Assembly (NCBI GenBank): GCA_951406725.2
Contig: OX597824.1
Coordinates: 60,698,001 to 60,762,000, forward strand
DNA from: Octopus vulgaris
Taxonomy: Eukaryota
Length of the DNA: 64,000 nucleotides
Direction: 5' to 3'
The notes below the pieces were generated by a model, which saw nothing but the letters and a program-made list of their open reading frames with translations, was not told the origin of the DNA and made no database searches. Shown one piece after another: positions 1 through 13,090 of the stretch (positions are counted from its first letter, which is position 1; each line of letters starts with the position of its first letter). The translations under genes were made by a program, and so were the position numbers.

Positions 1-379
1 CGAGTTGCTATGTACATCTTGTGGAGGTCGACGGTGTTGAAAGGCGACGGTGGTGGTGGAAGGCGACTGTAGTGGACTTGGGACAACATCGTTCTTAGTG
101 ATGATGGCGACGAAGATAGCGACGACGTGAAGTAGACAGACGACGATGATGATGACGAAGGCAGAGAAAAAGCATCGATGAATTGATGGCGTCCGTCATC
201 ATGGCTGTAGAATAAGAAAAGAGGCTCCTTCTACAACTGTTTGTGGTGGCCGGAAACAAATCGTCGAAAGATGAATGCGTAGAGTTAAATCGTGTTCCGA
301 CCTCGCAGAAAAACTGGATTTCTTTGTTGTTGATAAGTGATCTCTGGTTTTAGACCAGAATCACGTCGGGGGTCACCAC
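1..379 (-). mobile_element. 5' internal region of a Gypsy-type LTR retrotransposon including the primer-binding site (361-378); continues off the window
   Basis: Minus strand reads LTR end ...CATTACA-G-TGGTGACCCCCGACGTGA, complementary to the 3' end of tRNA-Trp (one extra C). The CpG-rich sequence contrasts with the AT-rich surroundings. Confidence 0.8.
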
Positions 380-976
380 TGTAATGAACTTCGAGAGTGT
401 GTCAATCTCTTGTCTTGTACTTTCGGGGTACAAGAAAGCAATCACTCACTCGTTCGTTAATAATCCAGAATTCTACTAGTCAGAAACAACAAGACGCAGA
501 CGTGAAATATATATAACTACTTTATTCTCTTTCTTGGTAACAATAACAATAAGTGTGTTATCTGATGTCCTTGATTCTGGGCGCGCAAGGCTGAAAGTTA
601 ATAGATTGTAATATTTACAATGTCCAGCCGCTAAACCAGAAAGGGGTCAAGATGGCGTCGAACAGGGAAGTTGAATGTGGTCGGCAACAATTTGGTTAAA
701 GGCATTCGGCCGACTGCTGCTATCAACCGGAGAGAATATATGCGTGACCGCCGCCTTCAATCGCTGGGTCCCAAGTCCCCGCTTGCTGCTGCTAGTGGTC
801 AAACGTTCTACGATCCCCCTGCCCTGCTAACTACCACGATAGGCAAGCGGGTCGTGCTTCCGGTGGTTCGCGCATGCGCGAGAGGGCCCTTCCTTTCTGT
901 GCCTTGGTGAAGGCACCAACACGCGCGAAATACAAATGGACGGTGCGCGAGCGCGCACCGTTGTAGGATCACTACA
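380..976 (-). mobile_element. 5' LTR of the Gypsy-type element (~597 bp)
   Basis: TG...CA termini with an imperfect inverted repeat (TGTAATGAAC at 380 vs GATCACTACA ending 976, 8/10). AATAAA on the minus strand at 521-526. Directly adjacent to the PBS. Confidence 0.75.
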
Positions 977-1839
977 CATACTATGTAAGATAAGAGAAAG
1001 TCTTTAACCATTCTGTTCGTATGAGAGTGCATGAGATTGTTAAAGTTATTGAGGATCTCTCCGGAGCGGATAGAACCTCGTAACTCGTTGTCAGACGTTT
1101 GTCATGCACCATCTCTTTTAACCCAGAGGGAGGGTGTGATTTCTTTTTTTACTTTCTATATGCATTACTTGGTGCTCCGGGGTTGCTGGCTGTAGAGAAG
1201 AAGGTGACTTGTTTCTTCTATGTCTCATATGAAGGTGCAGCTAATGCAATGTTTATCATTTGGTTGTCTAGACTTAGATAGCTGCCAACTGGCGTATTTT
1301 GCCTGTTTTCTACAAGTGATCACATGACCATACCTGTTCAGGCCGATTGTATGCTTTAAGTCATCCAATAAGACCTCTTACCAGAACAGCAAAAGTGTGG
1401 TCTGTTTTGAGTCAACAGACGTCTAAAAGTAAGGAATTTCTATGATATAGCCAGAGAGGAGAGAATTGTCACTAGAGATCTTTGACACAATGGTTTGTGT
1501 TTATCCTGCACACATCACCATATACAAGCTGCACAAGGAACCGATGTACTTTTGTTAGCAGAATTATTCATACCTTTGAAATACAATCAATACTTTTTTC
1601 TTTTTGTTAGTTTTCGTCACGTAGTGTCCCACATTTTGAAATACTGGCAATTTGTATTTTTACTGCTTATGTTTGCTTCCCTTGATATATTTCCGAAATT
1701 AAAGAATTTAACGTACTAAATGTACTTCACATTATCACATATACTATACGTTAATGCAAAAAATATTGTGCTTATTGACTATCTTCACACTGAGCACAGC
1801 ATCGACAGAAAGTTCACCAGAAAAACTGATGAATGGAAT

Positions 1840-2090
1840 CTTGCTTCAGCACACAAGTCCTTGGTTTCAATAGCTGCTGTGCGTAACTGGCTTTGAACTG
1901 GTTTGATCATCCTCCTTATGTTAGTGATTTGGTTCCATCTGATTATGGTATGAAGAAACACTTGGCTGGGGACCAGTATCAATGTGATGATGACGTTTTA
2001 TTTGTTGTTGATGACTATTTTGACCAACTGCATAGCATCTTCACCAGTGCGATCCAAGCACTGCAACAACTGATGGAAGTGTGTGGACAG
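1840..2090 (+). mobile_element. mariner transposase C-terminal fossil
   Basis: Translation FDHPPYVSDLVPSDYGMKKHLAG resembles the mariner HPPYSPDLAPSDY motif. Confidence 0.8.
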
Positions 2091-2589
2091 TATTCTTTAA
2101 TTCTTTTATTTGTTTCAGTCATTTGACTGCGGCCATGCTGGAGCACCTAGAGGAACTATGTTAAAAAATAATCTTCATTTGGTCATACACTATCTCGTTG
2201 CTCACATGTGACCAACGTTCATTCTTTCTTTATTCCACTTCCTTCCTAAAGACAAGACCTGCTTTTATCTGTCTCTTCTCAAAGCTCGTTTTTCCAACGT
2301 TCATCACTTCACATCATCTTGACTTAATAACGCTCACCGTTTGTTTTTATTGTTTTGTTCTCACTGTCCTGTTTTTGTTACCACTTTCACCCTCCGCAAA
2401 AAATCCCAAATTTTATTTCATTTGCTTTGCGGGAAGAACTGTTTTAACGAAGTCGCGTCTTGTCCTTACCTGCAAAACGCGGAGTAGATAAAACAGGGGA
2501 CAACTGATGAAGGGAATGTTCTTTATGCCGTCTGTCTCGTTTCTCATTCTGTTCACATTTTTTATGTCCTTTTTAAATGTTTTTATACC

Positions 2590-2645
2590 CATATATGCAT
2601 GTATATATACATATATATGTACATATATGTATGTATATATGTATG

Positions 2646-2722
<77 letters not shown>

Positions 2723-2725
2723 CTA

Positions 2726-2801
<76 letters not shown>

Positions 2802-2822
2802 GATATATATATATATATATAT
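2590..2822. repeat. compound microsatellite (TA)n/(TG)n/(TATC)n
   Basis: Directly visible. Confidence 0.95.
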
Positions 2823-2823
2823 A

Positions 2824-3072
2824 TTGGGTTGGTGCATAATGATTGCGGCTTTTTTCAACAAATCTTATTTGTCAAAAGCAAGAGCAAAATATAACAAAAA
2901 CGTTTTTAAATGATTATTCTGGAACATATTCACAATCTACTTCAATTACTGCTTCCCATTTGCTTGGCAGACGGTCAGACCGTCATTTAAAGATATTTTT
3001 GTTAAATATTGTTATTGCTTTTGTTGAATAAAATGTGTTGTAAAAAACCGCAATAATTATGTACCAACCCAA
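2824..3072. mobile_element. mariner-derived MITE / internally deleted element
   Basis: TIRs TTGGGTTGGTGCATAATGATTGCGGCTTTT / AAAACCGCAATAATTATGTACCAACCCAA flanked by TA. Confidence 0.85.
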
Positions 3073-3078
3073 TATATA

Positions 3079-3990
3079 TAGTGAATAAATTGTCGTCTAA
3101 ATTACACCAAAATATAAAATAACGCGGACATCTTATTTTAACAGATATATTTACCAGAATTACATAAAAATATCTTGAAATACTAAAGAGTAAATTTATT
3201 CAATATAATCGCCATTGCCTTCAACCACGGCTTCCAGATGACTTCGGAATTTCCTACAACTATTCTGCACGGTCTTCTTGTTAAAGTTGATGACTGCTGC
3301 TATGAACCTTGCCTTCAGTTCATCTTTGGTGTTTCAAGGAGTTTTGTTGGTATCTCGCTCAGCTGCGCCCCATACATAATAACCATGGGTGTTGCAGTTT
3401 TTAGAGTTAGGTGGCCAGATATTAGGGGTGATGCTGTCGCAGAAATTATCTGACAGCTATGACTGGGTTTTCCTGCTTGTGTAGTATGATGCGGACTCCT
3501 GTTTCCAGACATAGGGTCTTCCAGCAGCTACCCTCTTGACTCGAAGCAGCATTACCTCCTCCAGGCACTTGATGTAGGCCTCCGTGCTGAGTCTGAGGCC
3601 GTGTGAGAAAATGAATGGAGGCATAACGTCGCCAACACTCCAAACACCATGATGTTGACTGGCTGTTTGATTTTTATCACTCTCAGTACATGTCCTTAGA
3701 TTGCACTTTCCGCAGATTGACACCCAAACACACTGAGATGTTCGCATTGGAGCTTCCAGGGTGTATGCCTAGCGGTAGCACCACCGTTTCCAAATTTCTG
3801 ACAGAGTAAATTGAGTCATGGTGCTGTTTTTTTCACGAACGGTGCCCAACTGTCCCTAATATACTGTGTAGTCGACAAAATTAAAAACAAACAATGCGCA
3901 TGCTCAGCGGGAATTTGAGAGATGCAGAGTTCAATTCTCTGTAGCAGCTGCTTGTCACTTTTCCCAGTCCATGGGGGTATTTTTACCCGA
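3079..3990 (-). mobile_element. degenerate Tc1/mariner-superfamily (DD37D/maT-like) transposon
   Basis: Minus-strand fragments GDVMPPFIFSHGLRLSTEAYIKCLEEV..GRPYVWKQES and NIWPPNS..YYVWGAAERDTNK. Confidence 0.75.
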
Positions 3991-4045
3991 TTTTCTAAAT
4001 CTGTTTTCACAGCTGTTTCTCCTGTATTTGATATTTCTTTCATTC

Positions 4046-4262
<217 letters not shown>

Positions 4263-4433
4263 AGTTCAATTTGACGACTCCACTAGAATGAACGAAAGCG
4301 CTAATTTATGATATATGATGTATAAAAACATCTAACATACAAATAAATATCTGTAAATATAAAACCATCCGAATTTTTGAGTACCTCATTTCTTCTAATA
4401 TGAAATACCTGTACATCATCTCCAAACCTTCTA

Positions 4434-4434
<1 letters not shown>

Positions 4435-4521
<87 letters not shown>

Positions 4522-4538
4522 GTATGTATGTGTATACA

Positions 4539-4575
<37 letters not shown>
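4435..4575. repeat. (TA)n microsatellite
   Basis: Directly visible. Confidence 0.95.
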
Positions 4576-4577
<2 letters not shown>

Positions 4578-4790
4578 TTTTCCTTTGATAATCAATACTA
4601 TCCACAAGTACAAGGCACTTCGATAGTGACGAAAGTCGCACCAACATATTTGCCACACTAGTAATGGGATACCTAGAAGAAAAAATCTACACCCCATCCA
4701 AACCTACTTCCAAACCTACCTTGTCGAAACTGGAACAGATTCTTAGATGACTGCTTTATATTTTGGAACCGAAATAAGGAGAACCACCAC
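4575..4790 (+). pseudogene. Penelope-like element reverse transcriptase fragment (frameshifted)
   Basis: Manual translation across two frameshifts gives [38 protein letters not shown].../WNRFLDDCFIFWN. This matches PLE RT motifs Q..GTAMG...AP.YA.L.M and W.RYLDD.F..W. Confidence 0.8.
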
Positions 4791-5769
4791 AAAACTAACA
4801 ACTTCCCCTTTAAGGGTGCGTGTGTTGCAAAAGGTTTAACGAAAGCGCTCACACTAGGAAAAATTCTCAAAAAAAAAGGTTAGTAACATTCTCATTTTCA
4901 TAACATTTTATTAAAAAGTATTGTTTTAGAAAAATCACATTTACACTTCAAAAACTGTATCTCCATAGACTTTCAAATATATATATGTATACATATATAA
5001 TGCATACATACACGCACGCGCGCGTGTGTATTCATCTTAAATGAAACTATATTCCGTACAAATTCAGGAAAGACTGTTTTTTGTTGAATTTTACCCATTT
5101 TCAGACAACGATAAACAGCAGAACCTGAGATGTTGGATGTCATTATGCTCCTGGAAATAAAAAAATATTTTAAAGGGACTGAAGAAAGTAAAAGATGAAA
5201 CCAAACTGTGATATCAAAAACATAATTTCATTGAATATTTTGACATTCATAGAAATGGGGATTGAGTTACAACGACTGAGCTGGAAATATAAGGATTTCT
5301 ATTTTGACGGAAAGCATCCAGCAACAACAAGCTTCCATTGAATGTGGGACAACACAAGAACTGTAATGATATTGATTAACGGTGGTCAGCTAATTGAGAT
5401 AATTGTAATTGTGAATATTGGACAGTAAAGGAACTGATGAATGCCAATATGCTAATAGTGTATTTCAGTAGCGAAGGGTGACTTGGAAATTCGGACATAC
5501 AGTACATGATGTAGTTCACTCATCAAGGCCGAATGTGGTAGTGAATTATTTCTCTTCTCTGCGAAAACTATATTCGCCCCCTCCTTCTGTGACTGCTATA
5601 TGAACTAATTTCTATTTGAGAAAATGCACTTCTGCCAACAGGCCACACTTCAGTGGGTTTTGATATCCCTCTCAACTTGACTTAGTGTCCTCCCCCCATA
5701 AGTGATACCCTGATTATAAGAGAAATCTGAGAAAAATAATACAACCTACAAATAATGAGCCATTTTAAA

Positions 5770-8700
5770 TCTATTTGTAAACCAGTCCAATTTTTCATTT
5801 CTTTTGGCAAATTTATCGATCATAATAATAATAATAATAATAATTGTGTACAGTGCTCAGGTGCACTACAACTCATCTAAAGTGTATATATAATCAGGTG
5901 AAGTTTCGGCGGATTTCGGAAAGCATGAGGGCCTTAAAAGATGCAGTGTCATGGCAGTCAACAACTGACGCAGGCAGTTTATTCCATGCTTCAGCAACTC
6001 TGAGCGTGAAAAAATGTTTCCGAAAGTCATGGGAGCTGTATTGTTTTCTGACTTTGTAGGCATGTCCACGTGTGTTAGACACATGGAGATCAAAAAGGTG
6101 TTCAGTGTTGTTGTTGGTGAGGTGGTTGATAACTTTGTGGGTGTTTACCAAGTCCGTCGCCAAACGCCGGAGCTTCAGTGAATCCATGCCCAGGGAAACA
6201 AGGCGCTCAGAATATGGTAGGTGTCTGATGGAGGGTATGCGTTTGGTTGCACGTCTCTGGACAGATTCCAGGAGGTCAATGTTCTGTGCAAGATAGGGGT
6301 TCCAAACTGATGATGCGAATTCCAAGTGTGGTCGTACCATAGCTGTATACAGTTTTAAATAGATGGCTGGAGAGCGGCTAACAAAAGACCTGCTGAGTGA
6401 TGCCAAGACACCCTCGGCCTTCCTGACAATCTTAGAGATATGCTTTGACCAACGCAAATCACTGCTGACAGTGATGCCTAGGTCACGCTCGCAAGAGGAT
6501 TTCTTGATATCAGTGTTGTGGAGGGAGTATGTGAACGCAGGGTTTTTTCTCCCAAAATGCATGGTGGTACACTTGTCCACAGCCAGTTTCAGTTGCCAGT
6601 CTGTGATCCATTGCTGCATTGTGTCTAGGTCTGATTGCAGGAAAGAGTTGTAGACATCAGGATCTGTCCTCTTGATTTCAAGGTACAGCTTGATGTCGTC
6701 TGCATATTTCAATACTGTGGCATTCTTTAAATTGGCATCTATGTCGTTAATGTATGCCACAAACAAGAGGGGGCCAAGGACAGATCCCTGTGGTACACCC
6801 GATGACATCTCATATGGTGTAGAGTGCTGTCCTAGAACTGTGACTACCTCCTTTCGGCTGAGGATGAAGGATTTCAACCAGTTAAAAAGGTCATCCCCCA
6901 CACCCATTGCAGAGAGTTTCACCATAAGCCTTTTGTGTGGCACAGAGTTGAAAGCCTTAGCAAAGTCAAGGTAGACAACATCCACCCATGAGCCACTGTC
7001 AGTAATCATGTTGCTATAAAATGTATTAGCATCACGCTCTACCTTCATCTTCTTCAAAAGGTCTTTATTCAAGCAAATGAAGACCAAATTACTCAATCAC
7101 CCTTCCCTTTGAGAACACCTCATGTAATTATTTACTCACTTTAACAAAGAAAGTGGTTTTTCGCAGGAAGAAAATGTGGTAGGTATAGTCAAAATGTAAT
7201 GATTTTATTACTTCTGTTAGAGCTCGATTTAGTTCAAGCTTCCGTATAATGTCTGTAACTTTTTGAATGCTTGACACTGGTTTTGAAAAATCTGCAGCAT
7301 AAACTGATTTTGGCTCGCATCTAAATCGTATCCATCTAAAACTAATGTTTTTATAGACATCCAAAGATGAAAACGCTTCCATCTAGAATACTTTTCGTAA
7401 GTGCGAAAACATCTTCAGATTCAAGAATTCAACAAACCTGAACTAAAATTCAGCGACACCATCCAGAACCCGGCAGTAAAATTCTTCAAACTTTTTTTTT
7501 GACATGGTAGTGTGCTCTATGAGTTGAACCATTTTCACTAAATTATCAGTTCACCACTATGAGTGAGCCATAGTTGGGGCATGCGATCTTCATGTGAACA
7601 ATTTATCGACCAATTGGTTTGCAGGAGATTTGACTAACAGTTAAAGCATAATCTTGAGTCTCCTTGAGATTTGCACCATTTTGTGCAGATCAGCAGTTTA
7701 GCACCAGAAATCAACCAGATCTCTCATGGCATTCGAAGAGAACATAATTCAAATCTTGCCGAGCAAATCGGGGATAAATATTCAACAAGATCTGGCGGTC
7801 TCGCATCTTAAAGGTAACTAATGGTCGAGCAAACACAGTTAGGTCGATACCTATATACTAGACTCTCTGCTAGAGAGGATTTGATAATTTATATATGTAT
7901 TCATGTTCAGCCTTCCCTTAAAGAAACCTGATGTTATATGTTCAAGAGTTTTGCTTCTGTTTGTAATATACGCAGCCAGCCTAATCTCACACCACGACTA
8001 ATATTAATATTGTTTTTTTAAGTTTTCTACCTCACAAATACACCTCGAAATATCAAGCAAACTTTTAGGAAGAATCCAAAACAGAATCTCTGAACCACTC
8101 AGAATTGATTAAAAAACTACGAACAAAAATTTGAAAACCTAGGATTGCAATGAATCCCCTTGCCTGTGTTAATTCTGAAGCATTCCGATCCTCTGGATTT
8201 TCTAGCATGGCTGAAAATACCCCAGAAAATTAATTTATTGGACAAAATGGATACTTATTGAGATGAATAATTCTAACGTGCCTCAGGTGACTTTCAAAAA
8301 TCACCTTCCAATTATTTCATTTAGTAGGGCTTGAAATGCCATTGATCTTAGGAAAAAATTTGAAATTCCTTTTAAAGTTAGGAAGAAAATTCGACGTTCA
8401 CGAATACTTGATTCTGATTGAGAGAGTGAATGTGCATAACAACGTACAGATATGAAGTCCGCATCAAACATCTTTATTCTTGTTTGCACTCTGTTCGAAT
8501 ATCATTACACTTGCTCCATCATAAGTTTGTATGAACTTTGGCCACAAGTGAATTCGTTAATAGATTTTTGAACTTCTGTCCGCGATGCAGCTTTTCTGTC
8601 TTCACTGACATCAACATGGCCCACAAACGTTCCTTGAGGCTTTTCCTTCTCGTCAATAAATTTCAAAACGTGTGACAATTGAAATTCCTAACAGCAACAA

Positions 8701-9340
8701 ATACTCTATTTTCGATCATTTCCTTAATTTCACCTTCAATTGTAACAGCTATACAATTAATGATCTCATTTTGATATATCACTTGAAAGTCCAGAAAATG
8801 TGCAGTCAGCATTTTCCTTCACAAAATCTAAATGCGACCTTAAATAATCATTGTATTCTTCTACTACTTCATATATTGTTTAATTCTTTGGTTCCATCGT
8901 GTCCTCCAAAAGGTAATTCTTGACAAAGCAAAAGTTCAATACAGCAACAACCTTATCACTATATCATGATTTTTTTTCTCGACTGATCTATTATGGAACT
9001 GAATCGAAGCTGCTTTCCAAAGGTTTTTCGGAGCAATTACGTAATTCAGACAGTTCTGAGATTTTTTGTGTTTTGTTAAAGTTGTAATCAAATTGCGCCT
9101 ATCGCAGGAGTCAAGAGTTGCCTTGAGTTCTTATGCTGACAAAATAACAGAAATGGGAAACTGAACAATTTGTTCAGAATGGGACATCCCATCATCTCAC
9201 TTATACACTTTCATAATACTTGAAATCAAAATAACTGTGACATCTCTTGCTGCCCACTTTGGTTCAAGCTTTGGCTTCTCTTTTCCGAGAATGATAATTT
9301 TCCTTTCTTCAAAGCTTCCTGTGGCAAAAGGTCGGGAAAA
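5770..9340 (-). mobile_element. degenerate hAT (ZMYM1-like) transposase fossil, interrupted by a CR1 LINE and probably a second fragment at ~7490-7930
   Basis: Minus-strand remnants GHVDVSEDRKAAS, QTYDGASVM, VRCYAHSLSQS..IFFLTLKGISNFF, ARxNYSS, and the dimerisation domain LSNLVFICLNKDLL..FYSNM|IDKFAK (resumes below 5819). Confidence 0.8.
5824..7004 (-). mobile_element. 5'-truncated CR1-clade LINE with an open RT ORF (stop at 5894) and (ATT)n tail
   Basis: VDVVYLDFAKAF, SGVPQGSVLGPLLF, KYADD, VRPHLEFA..WNPY, TRGH..K motifs. 5-bp TSD ATCAT at 5819-5823 and 7005-7009. Confidence 0.95.
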
Positions 9341-9429
9341 AAGTGATGAAACTTAGCTAATTGCTAACTTGGTGGTGAAAGGACCGAAAAGGATCAAAAC
9401 GTGAAAAATATTACTAGATTATAATTTTT

Positions 9430-9760
9430 AGTACTTGTTGGTTATCTCACCCCCATTAAAAGATTGGGTTATCTCCCCCGGGTTTTCGAGAAATATCGGT
9501 ACTTTTGGTTATCTTCCTCAACTAAAAAAATTGTTTAATCCTCAATAAAACAAACAAAAAAGAGTGAAAAAATTAACAAACATCAAAAGTGAAAAGATGA
9601 AATATCGTTTTGAATCTGATAATATTTTTGTAACAAATCATACAAAACTGAAAAAATTAATAATTGTCGCCACATTAACTCAATTTATTAGCGAGGAGAT
9701 AAACCAATTTTTAAGGGCGATTTTTTAATAGGGATGAGATAACCAAAAAATACCTATTTT
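9430..9760. repeat. MITE-like segment with GGTTATCTC motif three times forward and twice inverted
   Basis: ggttatctcaccccc, ggttatctccccc and ggttatcttcctc, then gaggagataaacc and ggatgagataacc. Confidence 0.45.
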
Positions 9761-9979
9761 TTAAAAGTGAATCAAAGCTTTATTCTTACAAAAATTTAGG
9801 TGCTGATTTACTTTTTTGCGTAACCTTTTGTAAATAATTTTAAATATCTAAAATTAAAATTTTAAAGCATTTATATGGATAAATGAATGGGAAACTTACT
9901 TTTTAATCACAAAAAATGAACTTTACCGATTGCTTAAGAGATCAAGAATATTCTCCATGAGTTAAAGCTTTTTAAAAAA

Positions 9980-11258
9980 CAGTATACCCAAAAGTAACCA
10001 GAAACGTTCTCTGTGGGGCAAGCCCATTGTAGATCAGGCTTCCGCCGCTGGAAGCCACTTGATGCGGCCATCAGGCATCGAGTGAAGTCGTACTGCCATG
10101 TGGTGCATCTTTGTTTTACCATGTTTCTCCTCTGTTCGTCGATTTTTTGCGATGGTTGAAACGAAAGAACGGCTTGCTCCCATGAAATTATGTTTTCTGC
10201 TGGGGAAGACGGTAGCCAAAACAGTTTTCATGTTTCAAACAGCTTACAAGTACGCTGCCATGAGTGGAACACAAATTTATGAGTGGTTTTCACGCTTTAG
10301 GAATGAATGGTCACTTGTCACTTGTAGACCAACCTCGTTCATGCTATCGTCAACCTCCCGAACGAATGAAAACATCATGAATATTCATGAACTGATCTTG
10401 GAGGACAGTCGCTGAACATTTGATAAATTTGTCGATATGACTAGTGTATCTTGGAGTTCTTGTCAACGAATTTTCAGCGAGGAATTGCGAATGAAAAGAG
10501 TTGTAGCAAAATGTGTGTCTCGCTTGCTCACGGAAGGGCAAAAGTAGTCATGACTGAATGCATGTCGTGAACTGAAAAAACAGTTGGAAGTTGATCCGAA
10601 GCTTTTTGCGGTCATCATTGATGACGAAAGCTGGCGCTACAGCTACGATCCGTAAACGAAGCAGCAATCAAGTCAATGGAAGCATTCAATGTCACCATGC
10701 TCCCCAAAGCGCATCATGTCCAATGTCATGTTTCATCGATGCGAAAGGAATTGTCCACACAGCATTTATTCTTTCTGGTCAAACTGTTGACCAGACATTT
10801 TACTTAACAGTTCTGAAGCGTTTGCGAGACGCGGTGTGACAAGAACGTCCCAACCAGTGGCAAAGTGGAGAGTGATGGTGTCATCACGACAATACACCTG
10901 TGCACACCGCATAGAGTGTGAGACAGCTTTTGTCACAAATGGTATGATCTTGCTACCCACTTTTCCAATTCGACCGAACTTGCACCCTGCGGCTTTTTTT
11001 CTGTTCCACCGAATGAAAAAAGTCCTTAAAGGAAAACGTTTTGCAGATTTGAAAGAGGTAAAGAAAGAACGGCGGAGGCGTTAAAAGGTATCACTTCGCA
11101 AGAGTTCCAGAACTGCTTCGAACAGTGTAAAACACATCTGGACTGATGCATTCCTTCAGATAGAGAATGCTTTGAAGTCGATAAAAGTGTAAACATATAA
11201 AACTAAGTAAATAAAATAATATTGCAAAATTCCGGTTTCTTTTGGGTACCCGTTCGTA
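9980..11258 (+). mobile_element. near full-length decayed mariner element
   Basis: TIR remnants GTATACCCAAAAGTAACCAGAA / TTCCGGTTTCTTTGGGTACCCGTTCG-TA. Transposase pieces LCFLLGKT..QIYEWFSRFR, DDESW..YDP, HHDN, FFLFHRMKKVLKGKRF. Confidence 0.9.
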
Positions 11259-11501
11259 CACTCTCCAGTATTGAATAATCAGTTGTATGGAATAAACCAG
11301 AATCAGCAATAAAACAAACATGGAGATTGACTAAACACCAAGTGAAGTGAATGAATTGTAAACATTGGTGGATAGCAGTAATAAGGTGAGTTTGCTCACT
11401 AGTGTAGCAAGAGGGGTATGGGTATGAAGGGTATGGGTATGTTAGTTGTCAATTTATGTCTTTTCGATGAACACTCATACTTCGTCTCCGTCATACATAT
11501 A

Positions 11502-12310
11502 TACAGGGTGCAAAGTGTATTTGAGGACACTTGATTATCAGTATATTACTCTCTTCGAACCAATTAAAAGATTTATTTTTCTTTTGGGTCTTCCATAACA
11601 GAAAAGATGCTAACACAAGAAGTGAAACACAGGCAGTCATTGTTGCCATATGAGCGTAACAGTGATTTAGAAATTGCCAACTATCTAAATGTTGAAACCA
11701 CTGGCAGAAATGTTTTAACTGTAGCAGAGAGAAATAAATAGTCTAAGCATTAAGACACTGTTAGGACATTAGAATTCGTCCAGTTGGTGCAAAACATTAT
11801 TGATAATGACATCGGAAAATCAATAAAGTCATCAGCTGTTGGACTATCAGAATTGTAGAACAAGATAATATTTGATATAAGTTGTATGTACCGAGGAGAG
11901 GCTAATTCATGTTTGCAAAGACAGGAAAATCTTTTGAACTGTGCTGTATGGTTACTAAGCAAAATTAAAAACCTTTGTGGACATAATATGTTTTGGTTAG
12001 TTTTTTTTGAGAAAAACTTCTACCAAAACCAAAATTCTGACAGAAGTGACAGATGGCTAAGTGCAAATCCTTCTGATGTTCCTAGAGTGATGTACACAAA
12101 GTTTCCAGCAATTGTGATGGTTTTAAGAGTGATGGATAATGAAGGGCATATATCAGGTCATATCTTTCCACAGGGTCTAAGAATTAATTCCGCTTGGTAT
12201 GCTGACATGCAGGAGATAGTTGCTAAGCCCTGGATAGATGAAGTATGCAGTGGAAGGACATATTTCTTGCAACAAGACTGAATGCCTTCTCACAAATTTC
12301 TTGTAGCGAA
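11502..12310 (+). mobile_element. degenerate DD37D/maT-like transposon (5' end and partial transposase)
   Basis: TA-CAGGGTG terminus; DRWL...DVPRVMYTKFPAIVMVL...IFPQGLRIN...KPWI...YFLQQD. Confidence 0.75.
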
Positions 12311-12775
12311 TAGCTTCCTAGATTCTTAGCCAAGATTCAAAACCGAATCTGGATTTTTCCATGAGTTCTTTCCTATTGTTCTCAACATTTGCATTAAAAA
12401 ATTTATAAAAGTCAACTGCCATAGAAGAGTTCTATTTTTCATTAGACCGTTTTGAGTGAAACTTAGGTCAAGGTAGATAAGACACAGAAATTCCTTTGTT
12501 CAGCCTAACCTAATTTAGAAAAAATACAAATATGGAACCCAAATTCAGTTCTTCCTCCTTATGTTTGGTACTAGCAGAAGTGCCTCATGTGAGAGCCTAC
12601 ACAGTTTTCACCTTCTCTAGTTGTCTAAATTCTCTTAATCTTTTCCTCCCTTTCTTCCACCCGTTCTTCTAACAGTACCTCACAGATGAACTTCACTAAC
12701 TATAAAATGAATAACAAAATTGCAAATAATTTGTGTACAACTTGCTCCTTATATTGTAACCATAAAATAAAAGCC

Positions 12776-13090
12776 ATCATCATCATCGTTTAATGTCTGC
12801 CTTCAATTCTAGCATGGGTGTGATGGTTTCACAAGAGCTGACCAGGTAGAAGCCTGCGCCAGACTTCTGTGACTGTTTGACAGGATTTTTACAGCTGGAT
12901 GCCCTTCCTGACACCAACCATTCAGCGGAGTGGACTTAATACTTTTTACATGGCACAAGCACAGGAGAGGTCAGTTTTTGCAAGGTTTTCACAGCTGGAT
13001 ACCCTTCAGAACACCAACCACTTAACAGTGTAGAGTGGGTGCTTTTAAGTGGCACCTGCACTGACAGGGTCACCAAGTACTTGCAAAATA
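12776..13090 (-). mobile_element. RTE 3'-end-related retroposon fragment
   Basis: Reverse complement resembles the RTE 3' end at ~50020-50180 (ggaagggcatccagctgtaaaa ... catgctagaa ... (GAT)n). Confidence 0.7.

Noticed and set aside
671-1032. Small ORFs in the GC-rich start
   Set aside because: They lie within the LTR and show no protein motifs.
2495-2540. CTGATGA core as a hammerhead
   Set aside because: No stem II, GAAA or stem III follows.
2507-2913. ORFs with CVCV/YLSI runs, and similar MYVC, IIII, NNNN, YYYY ORFs elsewhere
   Set aside because: Translations of microsatellites.
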